64,000 bases of DNA from an uncultured Eubacteriales bacterium (GTDB lineage: Bacteria > Bacillota > Clostridia > Oscillospirales > Acutalibacteraceae): positions 33,396 through 97,395 of the forward strand of contig CAYQYT010000002.1 of NCBI GenBank assembly GCA_964421815.1, in the 5' to 3' direction. How positions within the stretch are numbered: the stretch's first letter is position 1; each line of letters opens with the position of its first letter. Both the position numbers and the translations under genes were made by a program. This document shows, one piece after another, positions 28,701 to 36,554 of the stretch. Below the pieces are notes generated by a model. It was not told where the DNA came from and did not search any database. It worked only from the letters and a program-made list of their open reading frames with translations.

Positions 28701-31226
28701 TACGAAAGTTCCGATGAAGGTACCAGAACTTTCTTGTTTGACGGATCAAACTGGGCGGGCGATAACCTTAGGTTTGGTACTAAATCACCCCAATATCTTG
28801 ATATAGATAATATAGAATCCGATATTGAGAATACAGCTCCTGCATTTATATTGTTTGATAACCCGACAAAGAGACTTAACGGATACAACGTTACGGCTAC
28901 ACCTTTTGACGGTATAACACCCGGTACTGCAGACAAGGGTTCCAGTGACTACTTGGGTTCGGGTACAAAGAGAGAATTCCCGAATATTTATCTCTTTAAA
29001 GACGGTACCTACGTTTGTGAAGGCGGTAAAACAGAAGGCGACAGAAGCATCACGGTTACCGGCGCATCTTTCAACCGTGCTGCTTGGGAAGCTGCAAACA
29101 GAAAAGAAGGCAACGAAACCAAAACGTCTGTAACGATCACGTGTAAACCGGGTAGCAATACTGAGACAAAAACCGGCGATGTAATAATTAAGTATTACAG
29201 CTCTGTAAATGCTTCCAAGCTCTTATCTCTTGTTAATGACGAAGCTAAAATTCAGAGAACAACGGATATGTATCATAATGACAACACTACCTACTATGCT
29301 GACAGACTCCTTCGTACAACGGAAGTAAGCGAAGACCTTCTTAAAGAAACCACAAGCACAGGAACTGCTTGGATTGATGACGATAAGAATGTATATGCTG
29401 AGTCACAGGTTACAAATATCGTTACCACCAACTATAAAGTTAACGGAAAAGATACCGGAATCGTTGAATCCGAGACCGGTACGGTAGTTAGCGGTGATAC
29501 AAAGATTGCTGTTAAAAAGGTTACAACACTTAACGGTGCAGATGTTTGGAACAGATACAGGGCCAACCTTGAAATCGGTATGCGCGGTGCATGGCAGATT
29601 AAGTGGCGTACAGAATCACTCTTCAACCAGGGAGAACTTTACAAAAACCTTTATATCTCTGCAACAGAAGTTCAGTTCCTTAAATTAACTGACCTTGAGC
29701 TTGCAGCAACCGGCGGTGCAGGCCTTGACAGTGCAGTTGATGCACTCGAAGCACAGCTTGACGCTGTTGAAGCTCAGTACAGCGATACTCAGGACTATAC
29801 TGATTATATGATGTATAGATGGAACCGTTACAACACAGTAAGAGAGGACGCAAGATCAATCGTTGATAAGAAGAAGGCAGCTGCTCCCTCAGCACCCGAT
29901 TCTAAGTTCTTCCCCTACTCAGGTGTAACAGAAACAGAAATTAAGGGTATTTTGTCAAATTCAGCAAACGCAGGTATTATCGGCAGCTATGTGGGCGGTA
30001 CTGATGATGGAAACTTCATCTCCGCACTTCTTGAGGATTATACCGCTGAAGAGATGCTTGTACGTAACAAAGAACTCGAAAATGCAAAGAGCAGATATGC
30101 AAACGTTTCCGCTCTTGACGTTGCACAGGCATCGAACCTTCTTAACAGAATCCCCGCAAGACTCATTGTACGTTATAAAGATGCAAGCGGTAACAAGACT
30201 GTTGTTAAAACACACCTTGCTAACGAAATTGCTTCCGCAAATGCAATGATCGGCAAAGTGAACGTAGATGAATTCGGCGATCCCAAATACACAGATCGTA
30301 GCTGGAGCAGATATGAAAAAGCTCTTGCAGCTGCTGAAGCTTTAAATGCTGATGCTAAGGCAACACAGATGCAGATCTTTGACACTAAGTGGGAACTTCT
30401 TATTGCACGTAACGGTCTTGTACTTCTTGCTGACGAGGCTGATTACAGCGAACTTGAAGAACTCATTGCACAGGCTAAGAATGCACTTGCACATCAGGAT
30501 CTCTATGACAACACTGCTAAAGATTTTGGTGCAGTTCTTGCAGAACTCGGCTTTGGTTATGATGAAGAGGGCGAGGCTATTAAGGTTGCTCTTGCAAACG
30601 GCGATAAGGTAGATCTCTTCCCCGGTTCCGCAGAAGAAGTTAACCATAAGGGTTACGACTGGACCGATCAGAAGAAGATTGACCGTGCAGCAACAGCTCT
30701 TAAAGAAGCTCTTGCAAAACTCAAATTCAAAGATTCAAATGTTGGATTTGCAGATGGCTCCGATACAGTCAAAGACATCGTTCTTGTTGAAGCAGACGAG
30801 AAAGCAGGCATTGAAGAAGTTAAACTCAGCAGTGTTGCAAAAATCGGCGCTAAGCTTGATGCAGCAGCTGTTAAGGCTCTCTTCACAGCAACCGGTTCAG
30901 AAGATGCTATCGTTTCTGCAGACGTTAACTACTCTGCAGCACAGTATGATGTTGACGGCTTTGTTGGTACAAACGCAACAATTACTTACTACAAAACTAT
31001 CGACGAAGTTAAAGTTCCCGTTGCAACAATTAAACTTGTTGTTGAAGGTGACGTAAACGGCGACGGTGTTGTTAATGTACTTGACGCAAGTATCGTACAG
31101 GTTGTTTCAACTGAGCATGCTGAACTTGAAGGTGCATACCTTGTAGCAGGTAACATGGTTGGCGACATTACAGCCGGCATCGATAGAGATGACTATCTCC
31201 AGGTTGTTAACAAAGTTCTTGCATAA
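25725..31226 (+). CDS. very large secreted protein with FIVAR-like helical modules and a C-terminal dockerin
   Basis: The ORF is trimmed to the ATG at 25725 (RBS GGAGGT 6 nt upstream), giving 1833 aa. The signal peptide is MKQSTKLLSMILALIMAFSCMTVIGSA. A FIVAR-like segment reads YTDRSWSRYEKALAAAEALNADAKATQMQIFDTKWELLIARNGL. The dockerin is GDVNGDGVVNVLDASIVQ...GDITAGIDRDDYLQVVNKVL. Confidence 0.8.
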   Translation: MKQSTKLLSMILALIMAFSCMTVIGSATKEDVTKDKMTYDSVDDAILSAEQAATVLFNYLDASVMPGLGTVDLSVLGELNLTSIDNAVSSIYNLLNNGTVGFLAVSVTDLKNLTAGKNLLKGVQRSGGDLNVAYALFNYLGADGTVKVVKKAPYGLLTSNGISLGSLLNGIVKSFADISEINGILTDINGYVTKMVYDMLIHGSYKEGYENNSYPSAEDLGGTLPAGLTTIDSIIDMAVAGLLTSPQDYEWDEVTPTLKNWDMNSYVMPTFANNYTAADAATYLSLSNPSNSIFALLDKVAPYAIYDLGINPLNNNLKKALFDAVEAETKEIDISKVPADAKTAFEADKEDGTESYITYISYDKIFKSSDGEWYYTTLKNSEKIGSNGEPETDKDGNVVIEKVRKYYRINTASANSFFDLINWDWNITAPNPVNGTATGAINELDYAGLISQYGSITQALNHLVYIVAENALSDYAGKYFNEVVYGDAEAGNPIWKDGATSAAEGNSTVFLKNVERIVKFLLAEYADKIFGEDSPYVAWEYSDVENMTLVELIAHIGPTFFEDAMPQLIMPKDENGLVAFHDGVQILEFGAIVIREFMTEITPDVNYDAQIFAAGTLTSAGGRQFASHSADEWFDLILNMGMDIAYTYLNQITNFNTAIPAQEITATRWQGMLDNAILWAVGYVSSADGANGVLKGISKNEVSAITGPLNKLSYILNTILPLEFVNGCTTAAYDLDVEVLFNKVKDLFQNFNLDTIVSLFGRNTDPNTYNILNTGDVVTTLLDVVDNILALVLRAQLLGTHESVNALLQSDNLSTVIANLLNQLEASAPALLTSALPVVCKLIPDLGGEQELGEPSIGLRTTVGLNNGASPTDKDTGAVKTTFMITNGSTGLWRGYKDASGNTQNDNHYKYQITDVKAYNYDGSASPYITNITLSAKELDYSQAATVTYTVANVTDPGVIVRFDVSYKVLDEDGNALANKTFVKSSYAWLSYYESSDEGTRTFLFDGSNWAGDNLRFGTKSPQYLDIDNIESDIENTAPAFILFDNPTKRLNGYNVTATPFDGITPGTADKGSSDYLGSGTKREFPNIYLFKDGTYVCEGGKTEGDRSITVTGASFNRAAWEAANRKEGNETKTSVTITCKPGSNTETKTGDVIIKYYSSVNASKLLSLVNDEAKIQRTTDMYHNDNTTYYADRLLRTTEVSEDLLKETTSTGTAWIDDDKNVYAESQVTNIVTTNYKVNGKDTGIVESETGTVVSGDTKIAVKKVTTLNGADVWNRYRANLEIGMRGAWQIKWRTESLFNQGELYKNLYISATEVQFLKLTDLELAATGGAGLDSAVDALEAQLDAVEAQYSDTQDYTDYMMYRWNRYNTVREDARSIVDKKKAAAPSAPDSKFFPYSGVTETEIKGILSNSANAGIIGSYVGGTDDGNFISALLEDYTAEEMLVRNKELENAKSRYANVSALDVAQASNLLNRIPARLIVRYKDASGNKTVVKTHLANEIASANAMIGKVNVDEFGDPKYTDRSWSRYEKALAAAEALNADAKATQMQIFDTKWELLIARNGLVLLADEADYSELEELIAQAKNALAHQDLYDNTAKDFGAVLAELGFGYDEEGEAIKVALANGDKVDLFPGSAEEVNHKGYDWTDQKKIDRAATALKEALAKLKFKDSNVGFADGSDTVKDIVLVEADEKAGIEEVKLSSVAKIGAKLDAAAVKALFTATGSEDAIVSADVNYSAAQYDVDGFVGTNATITYYKTIDEVKVPVATIKLVVEGDVNGDGVVNVLDASIVQVVSTEHAELEGAYLVAGNMVGDITAGIDRDDYLQVVNKVLA

Positions 31227-31419
31227 GTAATTTGAAATGTTTAAAATCCATTGACTGAAAAAACTCTCCTGCCGAGAAATCGGCAGGAGGGGAAGTTGAA
31301 AACTGCATACCATTTATATATATAATATATGGGTGTTTCAGATTTCCGCAGTCAATCGGTGCAGTCGAAAGACTGTTGTTTGGAGAGAATTTGAAAAAAT
31401 TACTCAAGGAGGCAAACAA

Positions 31420-32517
31420 ATGTCTAAAAAAATTATTAGTGTTATGCTTGCCCTTGTACTTGTTCTTTCAACATTGGCAACTGTTGCTTTTGCAGCAGGC
31501 GTTACCTTTGAAGAATTGGACGCAGAAGGTTTAAGCACAAATACACAAACTTGGTCCCTTGGTGAACCAAAAGATAACGGAGACGGCACATATTCCGTTG
31601 ATGTTACTCTTACCACAAACTACCCCACAGGTGCAATTCAGTTTCTTGTTGAAGAAACCGACCCTGACAACGCTATTACACTCACGGGTGTAACAGTTGG
31701 TTCGGCTATCACTTATGATGCTGAAGCAAGTAAAAACTCTTCAGGTCTTGTAGTTATCGTTCCGCAGACAACTGCAGATACCAGTTTGATTACCGCACCG
31801 GTAATTGATGGTGTTGTTGCAACCCTTACCTACACTTATGCAGGTAGCGGTTCTGCACAGATTGCTATCAAAAACGATCCTTTTAACGAGGAGAATGCAG
31901 CCGGTACTCTTATTGCAGCACGTATGGGCAACGGTAACATTGTTGGCACAGATTTCATTGCAGGCCAGACAGTTTTGTCAACAGGCGAAGCAAAAACAAT
32001 CGGTGCAGCAGGCAAACCCGAACTTGTTGTAAAAGCAGGTACAAACGGTGCTATTAACGATACTTACAAATGCGTTTACGGTATAGATGTTATGGATGCA
32101 GGCGAAACCCTTAGCGATGTATTTGAAGTTACCAACGGCGGTTCCTTTGTGGTAACACCCAGTGTTGAAGGTGTGGAAGAAGGAACGGGCGCTGTTATTA
32201 CTGTTTATTCCGGTCCCAACGGTACGGGCAGTGTTATCGGCGAATATACCGTAGTTATTCACGGTGATGTAAACGGTGACGGTTCTGCTGACTCACTTGA
32301 TGCCAGCATTCTTTGTGAGTTTGAAATTGGATTTATATCTGATTTCAGTGCTTACGGTATCTCTGATGATATAGCATTCATCGCCGGCGATGTTAACGCA
32401 GATGGCGGTGCTGATAGTCTTGATGCAAGTATTATTTGTGAGTTTGAAATTGGCTTCTTAGAAAATCTCTATGATATTACAACTCTTCCCGGAGACCTTG
32501 CAACTGTTTGGTGCTGA
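31420..32517 (+). CDS. secreted protein with a cohesin-like N-terminal module and an atypical twin-segment dockerin
   Basis: Trimmed to the ATG at 31420 (RBS AAGGAGG), giving 365 aa with a signal peptide. The cohesin-like pattern is YSVDVTLTTNYPTGAIQFLVEE. The C-terminus has two almost identical 23-aa segments, DVN(G/A)DG(S/G)ADSLDASI(L/I)CEFEIGF. Confidence 0.6.
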   Translation: MSKKIISVMLALVLVLSTLATVAFAAGVTFEELDAEGLSTNTQTWSLGEPKDNGDGTYSVDVTLTTNYPTGAIQFLVEETDPDNAITLTGVTVGSAITYDAEASKNSSGLVVIVPQTTADTSLITAPVIDGVVATLTYTYAGSGSAQIAIKNDPFNEENAAGTLIAARMGNGNIVGTDFIAGQTVLSTGEAKTIGAAGKPELVVKAGTNGAINDTYKCVYGIDVMDAGETLSDVFEVTNGGSFVVTPSVEGVEEGTGAVITVYSGPNGTGSVIGEYTVVIHGDVNGDGSADSLDASILCEFEIGFISDFSAYGISDDIAFIAGDVNADGGADSLDASIICEFEIGFLENLYDITTLPGDLATVWC

Positions 32518-32574
32518 TTTTTAGTTTATATATTTTGTAAATAATTTAATTTAATAGTTTTAGGAGGCACAAAA

Positions 32575-33660
32575 ATGTCTAAAACAAAAAAAGTACTTAG
32601 CCTTGTAATGGCTATTGCACTTATGTTCAATGTTTTGGCAATTGCGTCATCTGCTGCTTGTGCAGACGGTAAATTAGTCGGTTTTACTGCAGAGTCAGCT
32701 GATAAGCTTGTTGCCGGTGGTACAGTAACTGTGGATTTTTATATTGAACTTCCTGCAGGTACTGACTACACAACGTATAAACTCGGTTTGTTCCAGTTAA
32801 TTGTTTCTTATAATAAAGATATCTTGACCCCCGTTACAAGAACATGGGGCGATACTTATGCAGAGTTTATGGCACCTACTAACGGATTTAATACAACCAC
32901 CTCTACTGTTCACGGTTGGATTTCATCTTATCTCACAACAGAAGAGGCGCCAAAATATACCGGTTCTTGTGCAATTGCCGGTAGCCAAGTTGATAATACC
33001 AATTCCTATGGATATACGGGTTCAACCGGTTATTGCATTAAATCATTAAAAGATAAGATGTTTTCAATCACTTTCAAAGTTGCGGATACTTACGACGGAA
33101 CATCTTCCGCAGATGTTGCTATTCTTCAGAATTCTTTCCAGAATGCAACAAGAGCTTACTTGCGTGATATTACCGGTAATGGCGGTAGTAAACTCAACAA
33201 AAATGGTTCACAGGTTGACTGGTCTGATAGTGCTGTTACATTGACTGCAGCTGCATCTGCAACTCCCTCTGTAGCTCATGATAAAACAATGGGTCAGATG
33301 AAGAGCTGGGCATCTTTGACAGGTCCCTTCAACGGCGGTTTGGTTGGTAGAATTTCTAACCTTCCTTTGACCTTTGATGAAAATGACAACTGTAACGAAA
33401 TTAAAAAGATTGAAGTTACTATCGCAACTACCGATGGTTCAACAACTGCTGAAGCATATACTGTTTACAAACAGGCAGACGGTTCATATCTCTTCCGTGC
33501 TGTAATCAAAAATATGACTATCACAGATGAAGAAACATTAACATGCACTTATGCTGTTACAAAGGCTGACGATACAGTTATCTACAGTGATCCTTTTACA
33601 ACAACAGCAAAACAGATGTATGACACAGCACTTGCTAATTACACAGCAGCAAATCCGTAA
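32575..33660 (+). CDS. secreted cohesin-like domain protein
   Basis: 361 aa with RBS AGGAGG and a signal peptide ending ASSAACA. The N-terminal module GGTVTVDFYIELPAGTDYTTYKLGLFQLIVSYNKDILTPV follows the cohesin beta-sandwich pattern. No dockerin is present. Confidence 0.5.
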   Translation: MSKTKKVLSLVMAIALMFNVLAIASSAACADGKLVGFTAESADKLVAGGTVTVDFYIELPAGTDYTTYKLGLFQLIVSYNKDILTPVTRTWGDTYAEFMAPTNGFNTTTSTVHGWISSYLTTEEAPKYTGSCAIAGSQVDNTNSYGYTGSTGYCIKSLKDKMFSITFKVADTYDGTSSADVAILQNSFQNATRAYLRDITGNGGSKLNKNGSQVDWSDSAVTLTAAASATPSVAHDKTMGQMKSWASLTGPFNGGLVGRISNLPLTFDENDNCNEIKKIEVTIATTDGSTTAEAYTVYKQADGSYLFRAVIKNMTITDEETLTCTYAVTKADDTVIYSDPFTTTAKQMYDTALANYTAANP

Positions 33661-33866
33661 TGATTTCGAGAGCTTACGAAAAAGCAGATTTTCAAATTAT
33701 AGAGTTTGCCGTTGAGGATGTTTTGACCGCTTCAAGTGTTGTTCACACAACTCGGCCAAACACAACCGCCCCTTCAACCACTTTGCCCGGAACAACTTCC
33801 GGCAACGGAAACATAGCAGGCGGCAGCGGCGACGCGGAATTTGATTATTCTGACCTTTTCCAGTGA
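33660..33866 (+). CDS. small ORF (68 aa) with a leader-like N-terminus paralogous to the next peptide; translationally coupled (TAATG) to the cohesin-like gene
   Basis: It reads MISRAYEKADFQIIEFAVEDVLTASS, then a T/P/G/S-rich region ending DAEFDYSDLFQ. It shares the phi-x-phi-E-phi-x-phi-EDVLTxSS motif with the 33909 peptide. Confidence 0.4.
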   Translation: MISRAYEKADFQIIEFAVEDVLTASSVVHTTRPNTTAPSTTLPGTTSGNGNIAGGSGDAEFDYSDLFQ

Positions 33867-33908
33867 TTCAATAATACTTTAAAGATATTGAAAGGAGTAT
33901 TTTTTATA

Positions 33909-34034
33909 ATGAAAAAATACACAGCACCTGAGCTCGAAATCATGGAGATCGAGCTCGAGGATGTACTCACAGTTTCCAGCGGAACTGATGGCGAATGGAA
34001 CGCTTCTCTTGGCGGAGATAACGGTTGGTATTAA
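33909..34034 (+). CDS. 41-aa peptide with a RiPP/lasso-like leader (below the ORF-track length cutoff; found by reading the sequence)
   Basis: AGGAG lies 11 nt upstream of the ATG. Translation: MKKYTAPELEIMEIELEDVLTVSSGTDGEWNASLGGDNGWY, then a stop. It is followed by a terminator. Confidence 0.55.
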   Translation: MKKYTAPELEIMEIELEDVLTVSSGTDGEWNASLGGDNGWY

Positions 34035-34124
34035 TTATCAACGGTTTTTCCGATAAAGTTATGTAGTCCCTCCCACCATGTGTGGGAGCGGGCTGTGAGT
34101 AAACCTCATATTAAAAAATTTTCA

Positions 34125-34150
34125 GCAAGCCGGGGTAACCCGGCTTGTTT
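34125..34150 (+). terminator. intrinsic terminator after the small-peptide genes
   Basis: CAAGCCGGG-gtaa-CCCGGCTTG followed by TTTGAGTT. Confidence 0.65.
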
Positions 34151-34349
34151 GAGTTAATAAATTTGTTTCTGTTTGGTTTTGCAAGCCTTACAAATCGAAA
34201 CAGGTACAAATTTACGGCACTTTCAACAACCCGCTAAGCTTTATTGTAAAAATAAACTTCGGGTTCACACGTAAAAATATACGAACAAAAAGCCGACAGG
34301 AACTATCCGATAATATGTCGAAATAATAACCGCAAGAGAGGATTATTTT

Positions 34350-34832
34350 ATGCCCAAGGTAAATATGGAAACGTTGCTTCCCTATATTGAGGAGGCGTTC
34401 AAAAGAGGAAAGTCATTCCGGATTCCCGTTACGGGAACAAGTATGAATCCTCTTTTGTATCAAAACAGGGATTTTGTTAAAATAGAAAAACCCACGCTGC
34501 CCCTTAAATTGGGCGATATCCCGCTCTATCGCAGAAATGACGGCTCCTTTGTTCTTCACCGTGTTGTGGGACTGACAGAAAACGGCGAATACATTATGTG
34601 CGGAGATAACCAAACCCTTTTGGAATACGGTATTACCGACAAAAATATTATAGGAATTGCAAAGACCCTTATTATTGACGGCAGGGAAGTTGATACGGAC
34701 AATGATGCCGAGTATTTAAGATATAAAGAAAAATCTCTGAAAAACATCGGTGGCAGATATCCTTTAAGACGTTTTAAACGCAGGGTATTTCGATTGGCAA
34801 AAAAATGCCTGACAAGTTTATCCCGCAACTAA
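34350..34832 (+). CDS. S24/S26-family serine peptidase-like protein (soluble, LexA/signal-peptidase fold)
   Basis: 160 aa. The nucleophile motif is VTGTSMNPLL. The beta-barrel core reads GDIPLYRRNDGSFVLHRVVG...MCGDN. There is no N-terminal TM, and the C-terminal tail is basic and amphipathic. Confidence 0.65.
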   Translation: MPKVNMETLLPYIEEAFKRGKSFRIPVTGTSMNPLLYQNRDFVKIEKPTLPLKLGDIPLYRRNDGSFVLHRVVGLTENGEYIMCGDNQTLLEYGITDKNIIGIAKTLIIDGREVDTDNDAEYLRYKEKSLKNIGGRYPLRRFKRRVFRLAKKCLTSLSRN

Positions 34833-34960
34833 AAACACAGTTAATTTCATGTATAAAATTTTTAAAAACTATTGTAGATTGATTCGTTTTATGTTACAAT
34901 GAGTAGCATAGAATATTGTGGCTTTTCACAGCATTTATTAATTTAAAAGGGGATTCTAAA

Positions 34961-36445
34961 ATGGCTTACGAAGAGAAAAGAACACCCAACGACGATGTTA
35001 TGGGGTTTGAACCGATTCTTAAAATTATCAGAACCGTTTTTGCTAAATGGTGGCTCGTTGTTATTTTTGCCGTTACTTTTGCCGTTGCAGGTTTCGGCAT
35101 TGCTAAAATTACTTATACCGAGGTGTATTCTTCAGGTATAATATTTAACGTTTCCAACAAAGACAGAGATATTGCGGGCAGTGCCGGTGCCTATACTTCT
35201 GCAAGTGATGCCCAGGCCTCCACAACTCTTGCCAACAACTTTAAAACACTTATTCAGACAGGTAATGATTTTATTACCATGGTACAGGACATTGTTAAAT
35301 CCACTACCGGTCAGGAGTATTCCAAAAAATTCCTCCGCGGCTTAATTGATGTTCGTGTTGTTACCGATACAACTCTTATTAAGGTTAACGTTAATTCAAA
35401 TGATGAAGAATTAACCTATGCCGTTGCTTCCGCAATCCAAAGCATTTACCCGGAAATTGCCAAGAAGGCTTTCCCTACGGCTGAGATCAGCGTTGTTGAT
35501 AATGCCACCAAAGCTGCTCTTGCTTCCGACTCTACAACACTTATTTATACTGCTTTAGGATTATTTTTGGGTGCGGCTATTGCGATATTTATAATTCTCA
35601 TTGTCGCAAAAATGCAAAACAAACTGCAGAGTACGGATGATATTAAAAGTAACTTTGGTTTGAGCATTCTTGCCACTGTTTCCAATATTAAAAACAAAAA
35701 GAAAACAGATACTAAAAGACTTCTTATTACCGACAAAAATGTGGGACTGCCTTTTATTGAAACGTTTAAGCTCATCAGAACAAAGCTCGAAAACATTAAG
35801 CTGAAAAAAGGTTATTCCGTATTTGCCATAACAAGCTCTACGGAAAGTGAAGGCAAAACCACTTGTTCCGTTAACACTGCCCTCTCCCTTGCAAAAAGCG
35901 GTAAATCCGTTCTCCTTATTGATGCGGACCTCAGAAAACCCGCTGTTTGTAAAACTCTCGGCATTTCCCTTGAGGGCGAAAGAGGCGTTTATGATATTGT
36001 CAAAGGCAACAAATCCTTTGAAGAATCCGTTAAATACATAGAGAAACTTAACCTCTATCTGCTTGTTACCTCTGTTGCCGTTAAAGATCCGTCGGAAACA
36101 CTTGCTTCCGATGCCATGAGCGAAATTATTAAACAGGCAAAAGCCAACTTTGATTATGTAATTATTGACTGTCCTCCTGCGGGTGTTGTTGCCGATGCAG
36201 CTATTGTGGCAAACTACACCGATTCAGTTATTTTTGTTACAGCGGAAGACAGAGTTTCAATTTCACAGATTGAGTACGCACTCAGTGACCTTACAACCGC
36301 AAAATCCGAAGTGCTCGGTTGCATTTACAACTGTGCCGGCAGCGGTAAAGGTTCCTTTGTTACAAACAGGGCGGACGGTTATTTCTCCAACTACGGTGCG
36401 TCATATTACTATGGCGGTAAGACACACAGGTCTTCAAGACATTAA
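34961..36445 (+). CDS. fused Wzz-type chain-length determinant / bacterial tyrosine (BY) kinase (CpsC-CpsD or CapA-CapB fusion type)
   Basis: Trimmed to the ATG at 34961 (RBS AAGGGGA), giving 494 aa. Two TM helices flank an extracytoplasmic domain. It has Walker A SSTESEGKTT, A' LLIDADLRKP and B DYVIIDCPP, and a C-terminal tyrosine cluster YFSNYGASYYYGG. Confidence 0.85.
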   Translation: MAYEEKRTPNDDVMGFEPILKIIRTVFAKWWLVVIFAVTFAVAGFGIAKITYTEVYSSGIIFNVSNKDRDIAGSAGAYTSASDAQASTTLANNFKTLIQTGNDFITMVQDIVKSTTGQEYSKKFLRGLIDVRVVTDTTLIKVNVNSNDEELTYAVASAIQSIYPEIAKKAFPTAEISVVDNATKAALASDSTTLIYTALGLFLGAAIAIFIILIVAKMQNKLQSTDDIKSNFGLSILATVSNIKNKKKTDTKRLLITDKNVGLPFIETFKLIRTKLENIKLKKGYSVFAITSSTESEGKTTCSVNTALSLAKSGKSVLLIDADLRKPAVCKTLGISLEGERGVYDIVKGNKSFEESVKYIEKLNLYLLVTSVAVKDPSETLASDAMSEIIKQAKANFDYVIIDCPPAGVVADAAIVANYTDSVIFVTAEDRVSISQIEYALSDLTTAKSEVLGCIYNCAGSGKGSFVTNRADGYFSNYGASYYYGGKTHRSSRH

Positions 36446-36510
36446 CCGGTTAAGAACTCAATTGGGACTGTAAAAACAAAGTTTTTTGAGTCGTACTCTA
36501 AAGGACAAAA

Positions 36511-36553
36511 AAGAGTTAATGTAGCAAAAAGCTACATTAACTCTTACTTTTTT
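36511..36553 (+). terminator. intrinsic terminator
   Basis: AAGAGTTAATGTAGC-aaaaa-GCTACATTAACTCTT followed by ACTTTTTTG. Confidence 0.85.
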
Positions 36554-36554
36554 G

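Noticed and set aside
34350-34832. Interpreting the S24/S26-like protein as the missing prepilin peptidase
   Set aside because: Prepilin peptidases are polytopic aspartic proteases (A24 family). This protein is a soluble Ser-Lys-type fold with no TM segments.
33909-36445. Calling the peptide locus a lasso-peptide biosynthetic gene cluster
   Set aside because: The precursor-like features are suggestive. However, no lasso cyclase (Asn-synthetase-like), B1 RRE, B2 transglutaminase-like protease or exporter is present in the window. It is reported only as an orphan precursor-like peptide.
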